Source: Patescibacteria group bacterium
Lineage (GTDB): Bacteria; Patescibacteriota; Patescibacteriia; UBA9570
Assembly (NCBI GenBank): GCA_041660305.1
Contig: JBAZWO010000006.1
Location: 16,432-80,431 of the forward strand
Direction: 5' to 3'
DNA length: 64,000 nt
The notes beneath the pieces were generated by a model. It was not told where the DNA came from. It worked only from the letters and a program-made list of their open reading frames with translations, and made no database searches. Below are positions 48,601 to 55,746 of this stretch, one piece after another. Position numbers and translations under genes: made by a program. Positions within the stretch are counted from its first letter, which is position 1; the number at the start of each line of letters is the position of its first letter.

Positions 48601-48723
48601 ACAATAATATTGTTATCAACAGATGCTGCTAAATATAAGCAAATGTCAGAAAATGCAAAAATGTTAGTAAAAAGTCATTTTAGTTTAAAGGCAGTATGTG
48701 ATAAAATTGAAGAGTTATTATGA
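45685..48723 (+). CDS. tri-domain glycan synthase: GT4 + FkbM-type methyltransferase + GT4
   Basis: GT4 number 1 covers about 45685-46840 (EPFGMTLIEAMAHGLPVIA). The FkbM domain covers about 46970-47550 (YSFGIGEDISFD, LKMDIEGSEYEVL, LIEFHH). GT4 number 2 covers about 47568-48723 (GYGGPVKV, EGFSMTILEIARLGIPQI). Confidence 0.8.
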   Translation: MKRYLIIIHPHFTLPGGAGKLALEIGSRLTNVWEVITVAQQVKPAWIKAYPNVRFKSTAGPITSSLVFWLLFPYWYWHTARIINDYRKLGEVTIFCNVFPAQWLGLTYKWLHPTICCVWYCHEPSAFIYIAAWKNSIQSKLKRYLAKILQPVLAWIDKRLVNLADVIFTNSVYTQKYIQQIYQRSSIVVYPGVTLLNHKLLPMVQREKMIMTVGRLTKFKRIDVLINAFNTLQHQDYKLYIIGDGEEHNNIIKLVEQYNLSDSIKVLTNVNDATLQQYYAAAKLFVSCAKQEPFGMTLIEAMAHGLPVIADNSGGPKEIVQNNVTGKLIDCTVEQLRTCIDKLLDQPDTLQQYSEQARLVVHKKFIWQEAVQQIQSNLVQYLALNVKHSNQKVTLLKRIINQARFLLKVVLGKEVLFSVQTKIPQQFFGSKKYGGWVINPVKINKDSIIYSFGIGEDISFDLALIEKFNCKVFAFDPTPKSINWLKQQQLPKNFFYYEYGLASQDGFIKLFPPKNSAHVSHSIIQKDSTKPPINVQVLRLQTIMKQLGHQHIDILKMDIEGSEYEVLDDILRQNLDIDQILIEFHHRFSKISVAKTKKAIRQLNQAGYKIFSISASREEYSFYKNNTKILQVIPYFVPAYGYGGPVKVCFDVSKELVQRGYNVTVATTDTLDDKRRIKQLDETIAGVRILRFKNVSNRFAKKYNAYLPISFYFWFKKNVQSFDLVYCHDFFTLQNVIVSHFCKKYSVPYFIQPHGALSPIRQEAKFKNIKKHFINIFQIIFTNAKGIVALTKQEKQDIILINQTVQDKIHIIPNGLDGQEFEHVQKVDLHQKFFIPKENKIIGYIGRVQYIKGIDITLEILNLLKDKMKFTFLIIGPNEGEKEKLEKIIKKLELQNNIIFTGMLVHQEKLETIKSCDLFMFTSRNEGFSMTILEIARLGIPQIISTNCNIPEIGEHQAGFVLDSADKKAFVDTIILLSTDAAKYKQMSENAKMLVKSHFSLKAVCDKIEELL

Positions 48724-48788
48724 ATAATAGTAGTATATGCAACATAGTTTTTGACTCAATTAATAGGCTATGTTAGTATCAAAATCAA

Positions 48789-50759
48789 ATGAATTTTATT
48801 ACTAGCAGTGACATTTTATCTATTATTATAATTTTGTTGGTTTTATTTAGTAGTGGCTTTGCATTATTTTTACCACTGTGGTGGTGGTTGAAAAATTATC
48901 GTGCAGCACTGCAATTTGTTATTCCAATATCACTAGCTATTGAAATTTTATTTGGTTATGTTTTTTATTGTTTTAGAATCGTGCACTGGTTTCCTTTAGC
49001 TTATATTGGTGTAGTGGCAGTAATTAATATTATAATTGGTATAGTATTACGTCATAAAATTATTCAGTTTTGGCAACAATTATCAAAACTGCATTGGCTA
49101 ACATTATTAGTTGGTTTAGGTGTAATAGGAGTATTGGTTTATACTCGTTTTTATGATGCTTTAACCGTTGTTGCCCCAGGGGCAGTAGATACCTATAATC
49201 ATACGATTTTTTTAAACGATCTAAATAAGTTAGGGTATCTTCATCAGATATTTTATGCTCCGGGTTTTCATTTGGTGTTATATCCGCTACTTAAAATACT
49301 ACCAACTGTCATATTATATCGATTTGTAGGTCCAGTATTAGGTTTATTAATTATAGCTAGCTTATATTTATTTATAAGAGATATTTTTAAGCATACTGTA
49401 ACAAAATATGTAACAATCATTCTCCTAATATTACCAGTATTTAATCAGCTTACTTTAGTAACGATTAGTTTTTTTTCTTCTTGTCTTACGTTTATTTTTT
49501 TTACAGCGTTTATTTTTTTATTAGCTCAACCTAAACAATTAAGTTATTGGAAAACAATTATTTTGGGTGTTATTTTAACATTAGCGTTAGCAATTATAGT
49601 GCCATACTTATACGTTCAATACGTTTCAGCTGTGGGCTTATGTTTTTTAGTTGCTGTAGTTGCTAAAAAATATTTTGGTTGGAAATACGTTCGTTTTTTA
49701 TTGGTTTTTGTTCTACTGGGTGGTTTAGGGCTAGCGGCTTCATTTGGACATGTGTATTTACAAAATAAAATTAATAAAAATCAAACAGCTGGTTTTCCAG
49801 AAATACCAGTAGTGGTAAGACAAAAAAATAAAACGGTTACTCAGAATAATAAAACAAAAGTGCCACCAGCTACTAAAACAGGTAAAGTAGTTACGTCGCA
49901 GGAATACCCGTGGTGGAGTGTTAGTAAAGATGCCTGGCAAGCTCGTTATAATAAATTAAGCGCGTCAGATTTTTGGCAGAAAAATATCATGCCAATGCTT
50001 GTTACAGGACAGGATCTTTTGCAAGCAAAAAATGTTCGTTCTTTTTCAGGAATGTTGGCAATAGGTTCTTATTTGTGGATTATATTAGCTTGCGTTATTA
50101 CCGGCTACGCTACCAAGAAAAAGAATAAGCTTATGGTTATTATTGGGGTGTTTAGTGTTTTATTTGGTGTAGCTACGCAAACAGGTATCTTGGAAATGAG
50201 TATTTATCGTGGACGTAGTGGCTGGTATTTAATGTGGTTAGCTGTGTTAGGCGCAGCATATTTATTTGATATTATTTATCATAAAAGACTTAACATTTTA
50301 ATTGTGATATTTGGAATATTAGCTTGTTTGGCTGGAGTGTTATATCCTCCGGTGTTTTATCGTAATTATTTTGCTGATCAATTTACTGTGGCAGCCATGA
50401 TAAAACAAGAGTATCCAAACAAGCAAATTATTTTTATTTCTAACCAAAAGGAATTATTAATTTTGTCGCCTGATTTTATTTTGGCTCCATTTAACATTGA
50501 TAGTCTTGAGAAACAAAACGGTGACTTTACTAATGAAATTATTCTAATACTACCAAAGAAATTTTATAATTTAGACCCGGTATTATCGGCACAAGCCTTA
50601 TCTACCGATACCGGTTACGTTAATTTCGCAATCGAGCAGGCTATGAACGAAAAAAATCAAACACAATTAGTAGCAGAAATTAAAGCCCACCCTAAATTTT
50701 CTCACTATAAGTTATATTGGGAAAGTGATGATATTGCAGCTTATCGTTTGATACAGTAA
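48789..50759 (+). CDS. large polytopic membrane protein with C-terminal soluble domain, hypothetical (glycan assembly context)
   Basis: A 656-aa protein with at least 12 hydrophobic segments and a Lys/Thr-rich linker (KNKTVTQNNKTKVPPATKTGK). Confidence 0.45.
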   Translation: MNFITSSDILSIIIILLVLFSSGFALFLPLWWWLKNYRAALQFVIPISLAIEILFGYVFYCFRIVHWFPLAYIGVVAVINIIIGIVLRHKIIQFWQQLSKLHWLTLLVGLGVIGVLVYTRFYDALTVVAPGAVDTYNHTIFLNDLNKLGYLHQIFYAPGFHLVLYPLLKILPTVILYRFVGPVLGLLIIASLYLFIRDIFKHTVTKYVTIILLILPVFNQLTLVTISFFSSCLTFIFFTAFIFLLAQPKQLSYWKTIILGVILTLALAIIVPYLYVQYVSAVGLCFLVAVVAKKYFGWKYVRFLLVFVLLGGLGLAASFGHVYLQNKINKNQTAGFPEIPVVVRQKNKTVTQNNKTKVPPATKTGKVVTSQEYPWWSVSKDAWQARYNKLSASDFWQKNIMPMLVTGQDLLQAKNVRSFSGMLAIGSYLWIILACVITGYATKKKNKLMVIIGVFSVLFGVATQTGILEMSIYRGRSGWYLMWLAVLGAAYLFDIIYHKRLNILIVIFGILACLAGVLYPPVFYRNYFADQFTVAAMIKQEYPNKQIIFISNQKELLILSPDFILAPFNIDSLEKQNGDFTNEIILILPKKFYNLDPVLSAQALSTDTGYVNFAIEQAMNEKNQTQLVAEIKAHPKFSHYKLYWESDDIAAYRLIQ

Positions 50760-50818
50760 TAAATAAAAGTGCCGCTTGTATTTACAAATACTTAGTTTAG
50801 TGTTATAGTTTTCCAACC

Positions 50819-51658
50819 ATGTTTAGACAGGAAGTTAGTGTACAAACTAAGGTAATTACTCCACCAACGACGTTGTTGAGTTTGAATATTAAGGAATTTT
50901 GGCGCTTTCGTGAATTGTTCTATATTTTTGTTTGGCGTGATGTTAAGGTGCGATACAAACAAACAATGTTAGGGATTGCTTGGGCTGTGTTTCAGCCATT
51001 AGTTACCATGCTAATTTTTACGGTTTTTTTTGGAAATTTGGCCAAAATTCCTTCTGATGGAGTACCATACCCCATTTTTGTGTATGCTGGGTTATTGTTA
51101 TGGAATTATTATTCAGTAGCTTTAACTAACATTAGCACGGTATTGGTGGCACAAGAAAGCATTATTAAGAAAGTTTATTTTCCTAGATTGATATTACCAT
51201 TAGCTACCGCTTTAACACCAACGATAGATCTGGTGTTTTCTTTTTTTGTATTTATTGGTTTAATGTTTTATTTTCATTTTGTACCACATGTATTAGGTAT
51301 TGTGATTATGCCGGTGTTGATTTTTTTTACATTTCTTAACGCAGCTGGCTTGGGCTTATTTTTGTCGTCACTAAATGTAAAATATCGTGACGTGCAATAC
51401 ATTGTTCCTTTTTTTATTCAAATATTATTATTTGTTACCCCTGTGATTTATCCAGTAAGTATGATTCCGGCAAAATATACTTGGTTAGCCTGGTTAAATC
51501 CTATGGCGGGTATTATTACTACAGCGCGTGCTACTTTACTTGGCGGTCCAATACAATTTTGGCCAGTAGTATTTACAATAGGGTTGTGTTTATTTTTATT
51601 TTTATTTGGGATAGTATTTTTTAGAAAAACTGAACGTTTTTTTGCTGATATTTTATGA
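50819..51658 (+). CDS. wzm: ABC-2 type polysaccharide exporter permease (Wzm/TagG type), copy 2
   Basis: WRDVKVRYKQT, NVKYRDVQY and six TM segments. It is collinear with 23631-24452. Confidence 0.9.
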   Translation: MFRQEVSVQTKVITPPTTLLSLNIKEFWRFRELFYIFVWRDVKVRYKQTMLGIAWAVFQPLVTMLIFTVFFGNLAKIPSDGVPYPIFVYAGLLLWNYYSVALTNISTVLVAQESIIKKVYFPRLILPLATALTPTIDLVFSFFVFIGLMFYFHFVPHVLGIVIMPVLIFFTFLNAAGLGLFLSSLNVKYRDVQYIVPFFIQILLFVTPVIYPVSMIPAKYTWLAWLNPMAGIITTARATLLGGPIQFWPVVFTIGLCLFLFLFGIVFFRKTERFFADIL

Positions 51659-52914
51659 ATAAACCAGTTATTACCATTGAACACGTTAGTAAACGATATA
51701 GTCTAAACAGGGTAGCACTTGATAATACGTTGCGCGATAAAATTACGCACGCGCTTTATAAACGTAATGAGCCCAAGCAGTCTGCTAAGGTGGATTTTTT
51801 AGCATTGCAAGATATTAATCTAACTGTTCAACAAGGAGAAACGTTAGGAATCATTGGTCGTAATGGTGCGGGTAAAAGCACATTGTTAAAAGTACTATCA
51901 CAAATTACACCTCCAACTGCAGGGAAAATTACGTTATGTGGGCGAGTGGCTAGTTTGTTAGAAGTAGGCACAGGCTTTCATCCAGAGTTAACTGGGCGGG
52001 AAAATATTTTTCTTAATGGGGCAATATTAGGTATGACTCGTAAAGAAATTAATAAAAAATTTAATGACATTGTTACTTTTGCGGAAATCGAACAATTTAT
52101 TGATACGCCAGTTAAACGTTATTCTAGTGGTATGTATGTTCGTTTGGCGTTTGCTGTAGCCGCTCAACTTGAACCGGAAATTTTAATTATTGACGAAGTT
52201 TTGGCCGTCGGAGACATTCAATTTCAAAAAAAATGTCTTGGTAAAATGGGCGAAGCAGGCAAGCAAGGAAGAACAGTAATTTTTGTTAGCCACAACATGA
52301 ATGCGATTGAACAATTGTGTCGGTCTTGTGTATGGTTAGATCATGGCATGGTTAAAGCACATAGCAATAATGATGTATCGAGTGTTATTAAAGCGTATGT
52401 GGCAGAAAGTCTAGACAAAACTCAGGCTACCCAGTGGGTGAATAATAACAATGAATTTGCTAATCAATGGTTTACACCATGTAAATTTTATTTAGCTGAT
52501 GCTTATGGTAAAGCGCTTATATTACCACATAGTAATAATAAAGAAGCTTGGGTTCATATTGAAGGCGATATTACAGAAAGTGATACAGCCTTAACTATTG
52601 GTTATGCGATTTATTCCATGGAAGGCAATTTGTTATACTGGTCTTATCAAACTGATCAATCAGAATCTCAATGGCCAAAACTAAAGTTGGGCAAAATTAA
52701 GTTACGCAGCGCTTTACCCCAACGTTTTTTAAATGAGGGTGATTATCGAATAGAGCTTATTTCTAGTTTACATTTTCGACAATGGTTATGTGAGCCAGGC
52801 GTGCATACCCCTACTATATTTTTATCTATTCAAGGTGGTTTGAGCGATTCACCTTATTGGTTAGCTAAACGACCTGGTTTATTAGCGCCGGTTTTGCCAT
52901 GGGAACAATACTAA
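51655..52914 (+). CDS. wzt: polysaccharide ABC exporter ATP-binding protein with extended C-terminal domain (Wzt/TagH type), copy 2
   Basis: GRNGAGKST, YSSGMYVRL and LIIDEVLAVGD. The N-terminal 250 aa closely resemble copy 1, while the C-terminal roughly 170 aa are unrelated by eye. Confidence 0.9.
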   Translation: MNKPVITIEHVSKRYSLNRVALDNTLRDKITHALYKRNEPKQSAKVDFLALQDINLTVQQGETLGIIGRNGAGKSTLLKVLSQITPPTAGKITLCGRVASLLEVGTGFHPELTGRENIFLNGAILGMTRKEINKKFNDIVTFAEIEQFIDTPVKRYSSGMYVRLAFAVAAQLEPEILIIDEVLAVGDIQFQKKCLGKMGEAGKQGRTVIFVSHNMNAIEQLCRSCVWLDHGMVKAHSNNDVSSVIKAYVAESLDKTQATQWVNNNNEFANQWFTPCKFYLADAYGKALILPHSNNKEAWVHIEGDITESDTALTIGYAIYSMEGNLLYWSYQTDQSESQWPKLKLGKIKLRSALPQRFLNEGDYRIELISSLHFRQWLCEPGVHTPTIFLSIQGGLSDSPYWLAKRPGLLAPVLPWEQY

Positions 52915-52926
52915 TATAAAAAAGTC

Positions 52927-53730
52927 ATGCCACATCTTTCCGTTATTATTCCTACATGGAATCGTGCTCATACCATTAGTCAGGCCATTCAAAGCGTCTT
53001 GAATCAAACTTATACTAACCTTGAAGTATTAGTGTGTGATGATGGATCTACCGATAACACTGAAACTATAGTTAAAGCGTTAGCGGAGACTGATTCACGG
53101 ATATATTGGTTACCAGGTAAACACAGTGGCAAACCAGCGATTGTACGTAATTGTGGATTAAAGTTTTCTACTAGTCCGTGGGTAGCTTTTCTCGATAGTG
53201 ATGATTATTGGTTACCAAAAAAAATAGAGCAGCAATTTTTTTTATTAGAGCGATTTCATTGTCGGGCAGCTTGTACAAATGCGTTGTCTGTGAAACCTAA
53301 GGAACAGATTGAGCGGGTATTTTTTCGTGAATTAAAAGAGAAAATTACATTTCAAGATTTATTAATTGGTAATGGAGTGATTTGTAGCTCTGCGCTAGTG
53401 CATCGTTCTGTATTTGAAACAATTGGTTTGTTTCCAGAAGTAGATGCTTTAGGAACCTTAGAAGATTATGCCTTTTGGCTGCGAGTGGCCACACAAACAG
53501 ATTTTGTTTATTGTGCTAAACCACAATTAGTGTATCGAGATAATCCACAAGATAGTATTCGAGCACACGATTTAGAACAATGGGTACAACGCAAAATCAT
53601 ATTTAAAGATTTTTTGCATTGGAATCAACAACAAAGAAAAAAACAACCCTCGATAAAAAAATATAGCACAGCTGCTCGCTGGCGTTTTTGGAAAGAAATA
53701 TATACCCACCTGCATGATAAATTAAAATAA
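52927..53730 (+). CDS. glycosyltransferase family 2
   Basis: LSVIIPTWNRAHTI, CDDGSTDNT and LDSDDYW. Confidence 0.85.
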   Translation: MPHLSVIIPTWNRAHTISQAIQSVLNQTYTNLEVLVCDDGSTDNTETIVKALAETDSRIYWLPGKHSGKPAIVRNCGLKFSTSPWVAFLDSDDYWLPKKIEQQFFLLERFHCRAACTNALSVKPKEQIERVFFRELKEKITFQDLLIGNGVICSSALVHRSVFETIGLFPEVDALGTLEDYAFWLRVATQTDFVYCAKPQLVYRDNPQDSIRAHDLEQWVQRKIIFKDFLHWNQQQRKKQPSIKKYSTAARWRFWKEIYTHLHDKLK

Positions 53731-53732
53731 CT

Positions 53733-54908
53733 ATGAAAATACTTCATACCGTAGAATTTTATTCACCATCCGTCGGTGGCATGCAAGAAGTAGTGCGACA
53801 ACTATCGGAACGGTTAGTGCGTTTAGGTCATGATGTTACAGTAGCTACCACAAAATTATTGAACCGCAACAGTACTGAAATCAACGGTGTACATATTCGA
53901 GAATTCAGTATTAGTGGTAATCAAGTGCGTGGATATCAAGGTAATATAACTGAATATCAGCAATTTTTACAGCAACAACACTTTGATGTCATGACAAATT
54001 TTGCAGCCCAACAGTGGGCTACGGATTTAGCCTTACCAATACTATCAGTTATTAAATCAAAGAAAGTGTTTGTGCCAACCGGGTTTTCCGGATTATATGT
54101 ACCAGAATATAAATCGTATTTTGAGCGCATGACGAATTGGATGCAACAATATGAGATGAATGTATTTTTATCTGAACATTATCGAGATATTGATTTTGCC
54201 CGACAACATAATATTGGAAATATCAGGGTGATATCAAATGGTGCGGCTAGTGATGAATTTTTGCCAACCAGTACATGTAATATTAGAGAGCAATTAAGCA
54301 TTCCACAACAACATTTTTTAATTCTATCCGTTGGTTCGCACTCTGGAGCCAAAGGGCATGCCGAAGCAATTAAGATTTTTACTAAAGCTCGTATTAAAAA
54401 CGCTACATTGCTTATTATTGGCAATAGTTTTGGCGGTGGATGCACGTACTCATGTCAAATCAAAAGTTGGCTGAATAAATTTAACATCAAACATAGATTA
54501 TTTGCAGATAAGAAAATAATTATTATTAATTGTAGCAGATCAGAAACGGTTGCTGCTTATCAGCAAGCTAATTTATTTTTATTTCCGTCTAATCTAGAAT
54601 GTTCGCCCTTAGTATTATTTGAGAGCATGGCAGCACATTTGCCATTTTTAACTACTGATGTGGGCAACGCTAGAGAAATTATTAATTGGTCACAGGGCGG
54701 TTTATTATTACCTACTAGGTTTACTAATAACGGACAAAGTTATGCTATATTAGAACAGTCTGTTGTGTTATTAGAGCGAATTTATCAAGCTGTTGATTTA
54801 CGTAAGCAGTTGGGTCAAGCTGGTTTTACGGCTTGGCAAAATAAGTTTACTTGGGAAAAAATTACTAAACAATATGAACAACTTTATCAACACATTTTAA
54901 GAGTATGA
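53733..54908 (+). CDS. glycosyltransferase family 4 (GT-B)
   Basis: N-terminal PSVGGMQEVVRQL and C-terminal PSNLECSPLVLFESMAAHLPFLTTDVGNAREI. Confidence 0.8.
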   Translation: MKILHTVEFYSPSVGGMQEVVRQLSERLVRLGHDVTVATTKLLNRNSTEINGVHIREFSISGNQVRGYQGNITEYQQFLQQQHFDVMTNFAAQQWATDLALPILSVIKSKKVFVPTGFSGLYVPEYKSYFERMTNWMQQYEMNVFLSEHYRDIDFARQHNIGNIRVISNGAASDEFLPTSTCNIREQLSIPQQHFLILSVGSHSGAKGHAEAIKIFTKARIKNATLLIIGNSFGGGCTYSCQIKSWLNKFNIKHRLFADKKIIIINCSRSETVAAYQQANLFLFPSNLECSPLVLFESMAAHLPFLTTDVGNAREIINWSQGGLLLPTRFTNNGQSYAILEQSVVLLERIYQAVDLRKQLGQAGFTAWQNKFTWEKITKQYEQLYQHILRV

Positions 54909-55735
54909 TTATTGTTAAGTTAATTGGAGGTTTAGGTAATCAAATGTTTCAATATGCCGTTGGACGTAGTTTAGCAGAGAAACAACATACTTCATTACAG
55001 CTTGATATTTCTGGATACGCTCATCAAGTTGTAGGTAACACGCCACGCTACTATAGTTTAGATTGTTTTCAAATTTTAGCGCAACCGGTTACTGTGTCGT
55101 GCTGGCGTTTACATTGGTTACAGTTTAGACAGCATTATCAACGAGAAGTACAGTTTAACTTTAATCCCGCGATTTTTCAATTGAGGTCAGGTAATTATTT
55201 AGAAGGGTACTGGCAAACGGAAAAATATTTTAATGATATTACTGAGCTTATTCGTCATGATTTTACGTTGCAGCTGGCATATGATCACATAGATCCAAAG
55301 TTACGTGCAGAGATTAAAAATAGCACGGCTGTATCAGTACACGTTCGGCGTGGGGATTATATTACTAATCAAGCAGCTAGCCAATTTCATGGGTTATGTG
55401 ATCTAGGTTATTATCGACGTTGTGTACAATATATAATAAATCATGTTACACAACCACATTGGTTTGTATTTTCTGACGATATTGAGTGGACAAAGGAAAA
55501 TTTATTATTGCCAGGAAAAGTTACATACGTTTCTAATGGTAAAATTAAAGATTATGAAGAATTAACTCTAATGTCATATTGTAAACATCATATTATTGCT
55601 AACAGTTCATTTAGTTGGTGGGGAGCATGGTTAAATGCTAGTGCTAAAAAAATAGTACTAGCTCCTAAACAATGGTTTATTGATACAAAAATTAATACCA
55701 GTGATATTTTACCTGCCACATGGATCAAGTTGTAA
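54905..55735 (+). CDS. alpha-1,2-fucosyltransferase (glycosyltransferase family 11)
   Basis: N-terminal MIIVKLIGGLGNQMFQYA and HVRRGDY are GT11 hallmark motifs. SSFSWWGAWL lies near the C-terminus. Confidence 0.85.
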   Translation: MIIVKLIGGLGNQMFQYAVGRSLAEKQHTSLQLDISGYAHQVVGNTPRYYSLDCFQILAQPVTVSCWRLHWLQFRQHYQREVQFNFNPAIFQLRSGNYLEGYWQTEKYFNDITELIRHDFTLQLAYDHIDPKLRAEIKNSTAVSVHVRRGDYITNQAASQFHGLCDLGYYRRCVQYIINHVTQPHWFVFSDDIEWTKENLLLPGKVTYVSNGKIKDYEELTLMSYCKHHIIANSSFSWWGAWLNASAKKIVLAPKQWFIDTKINTSDILPATWIKL

Positions 55736-55746
55736 TAAAATCTAAT

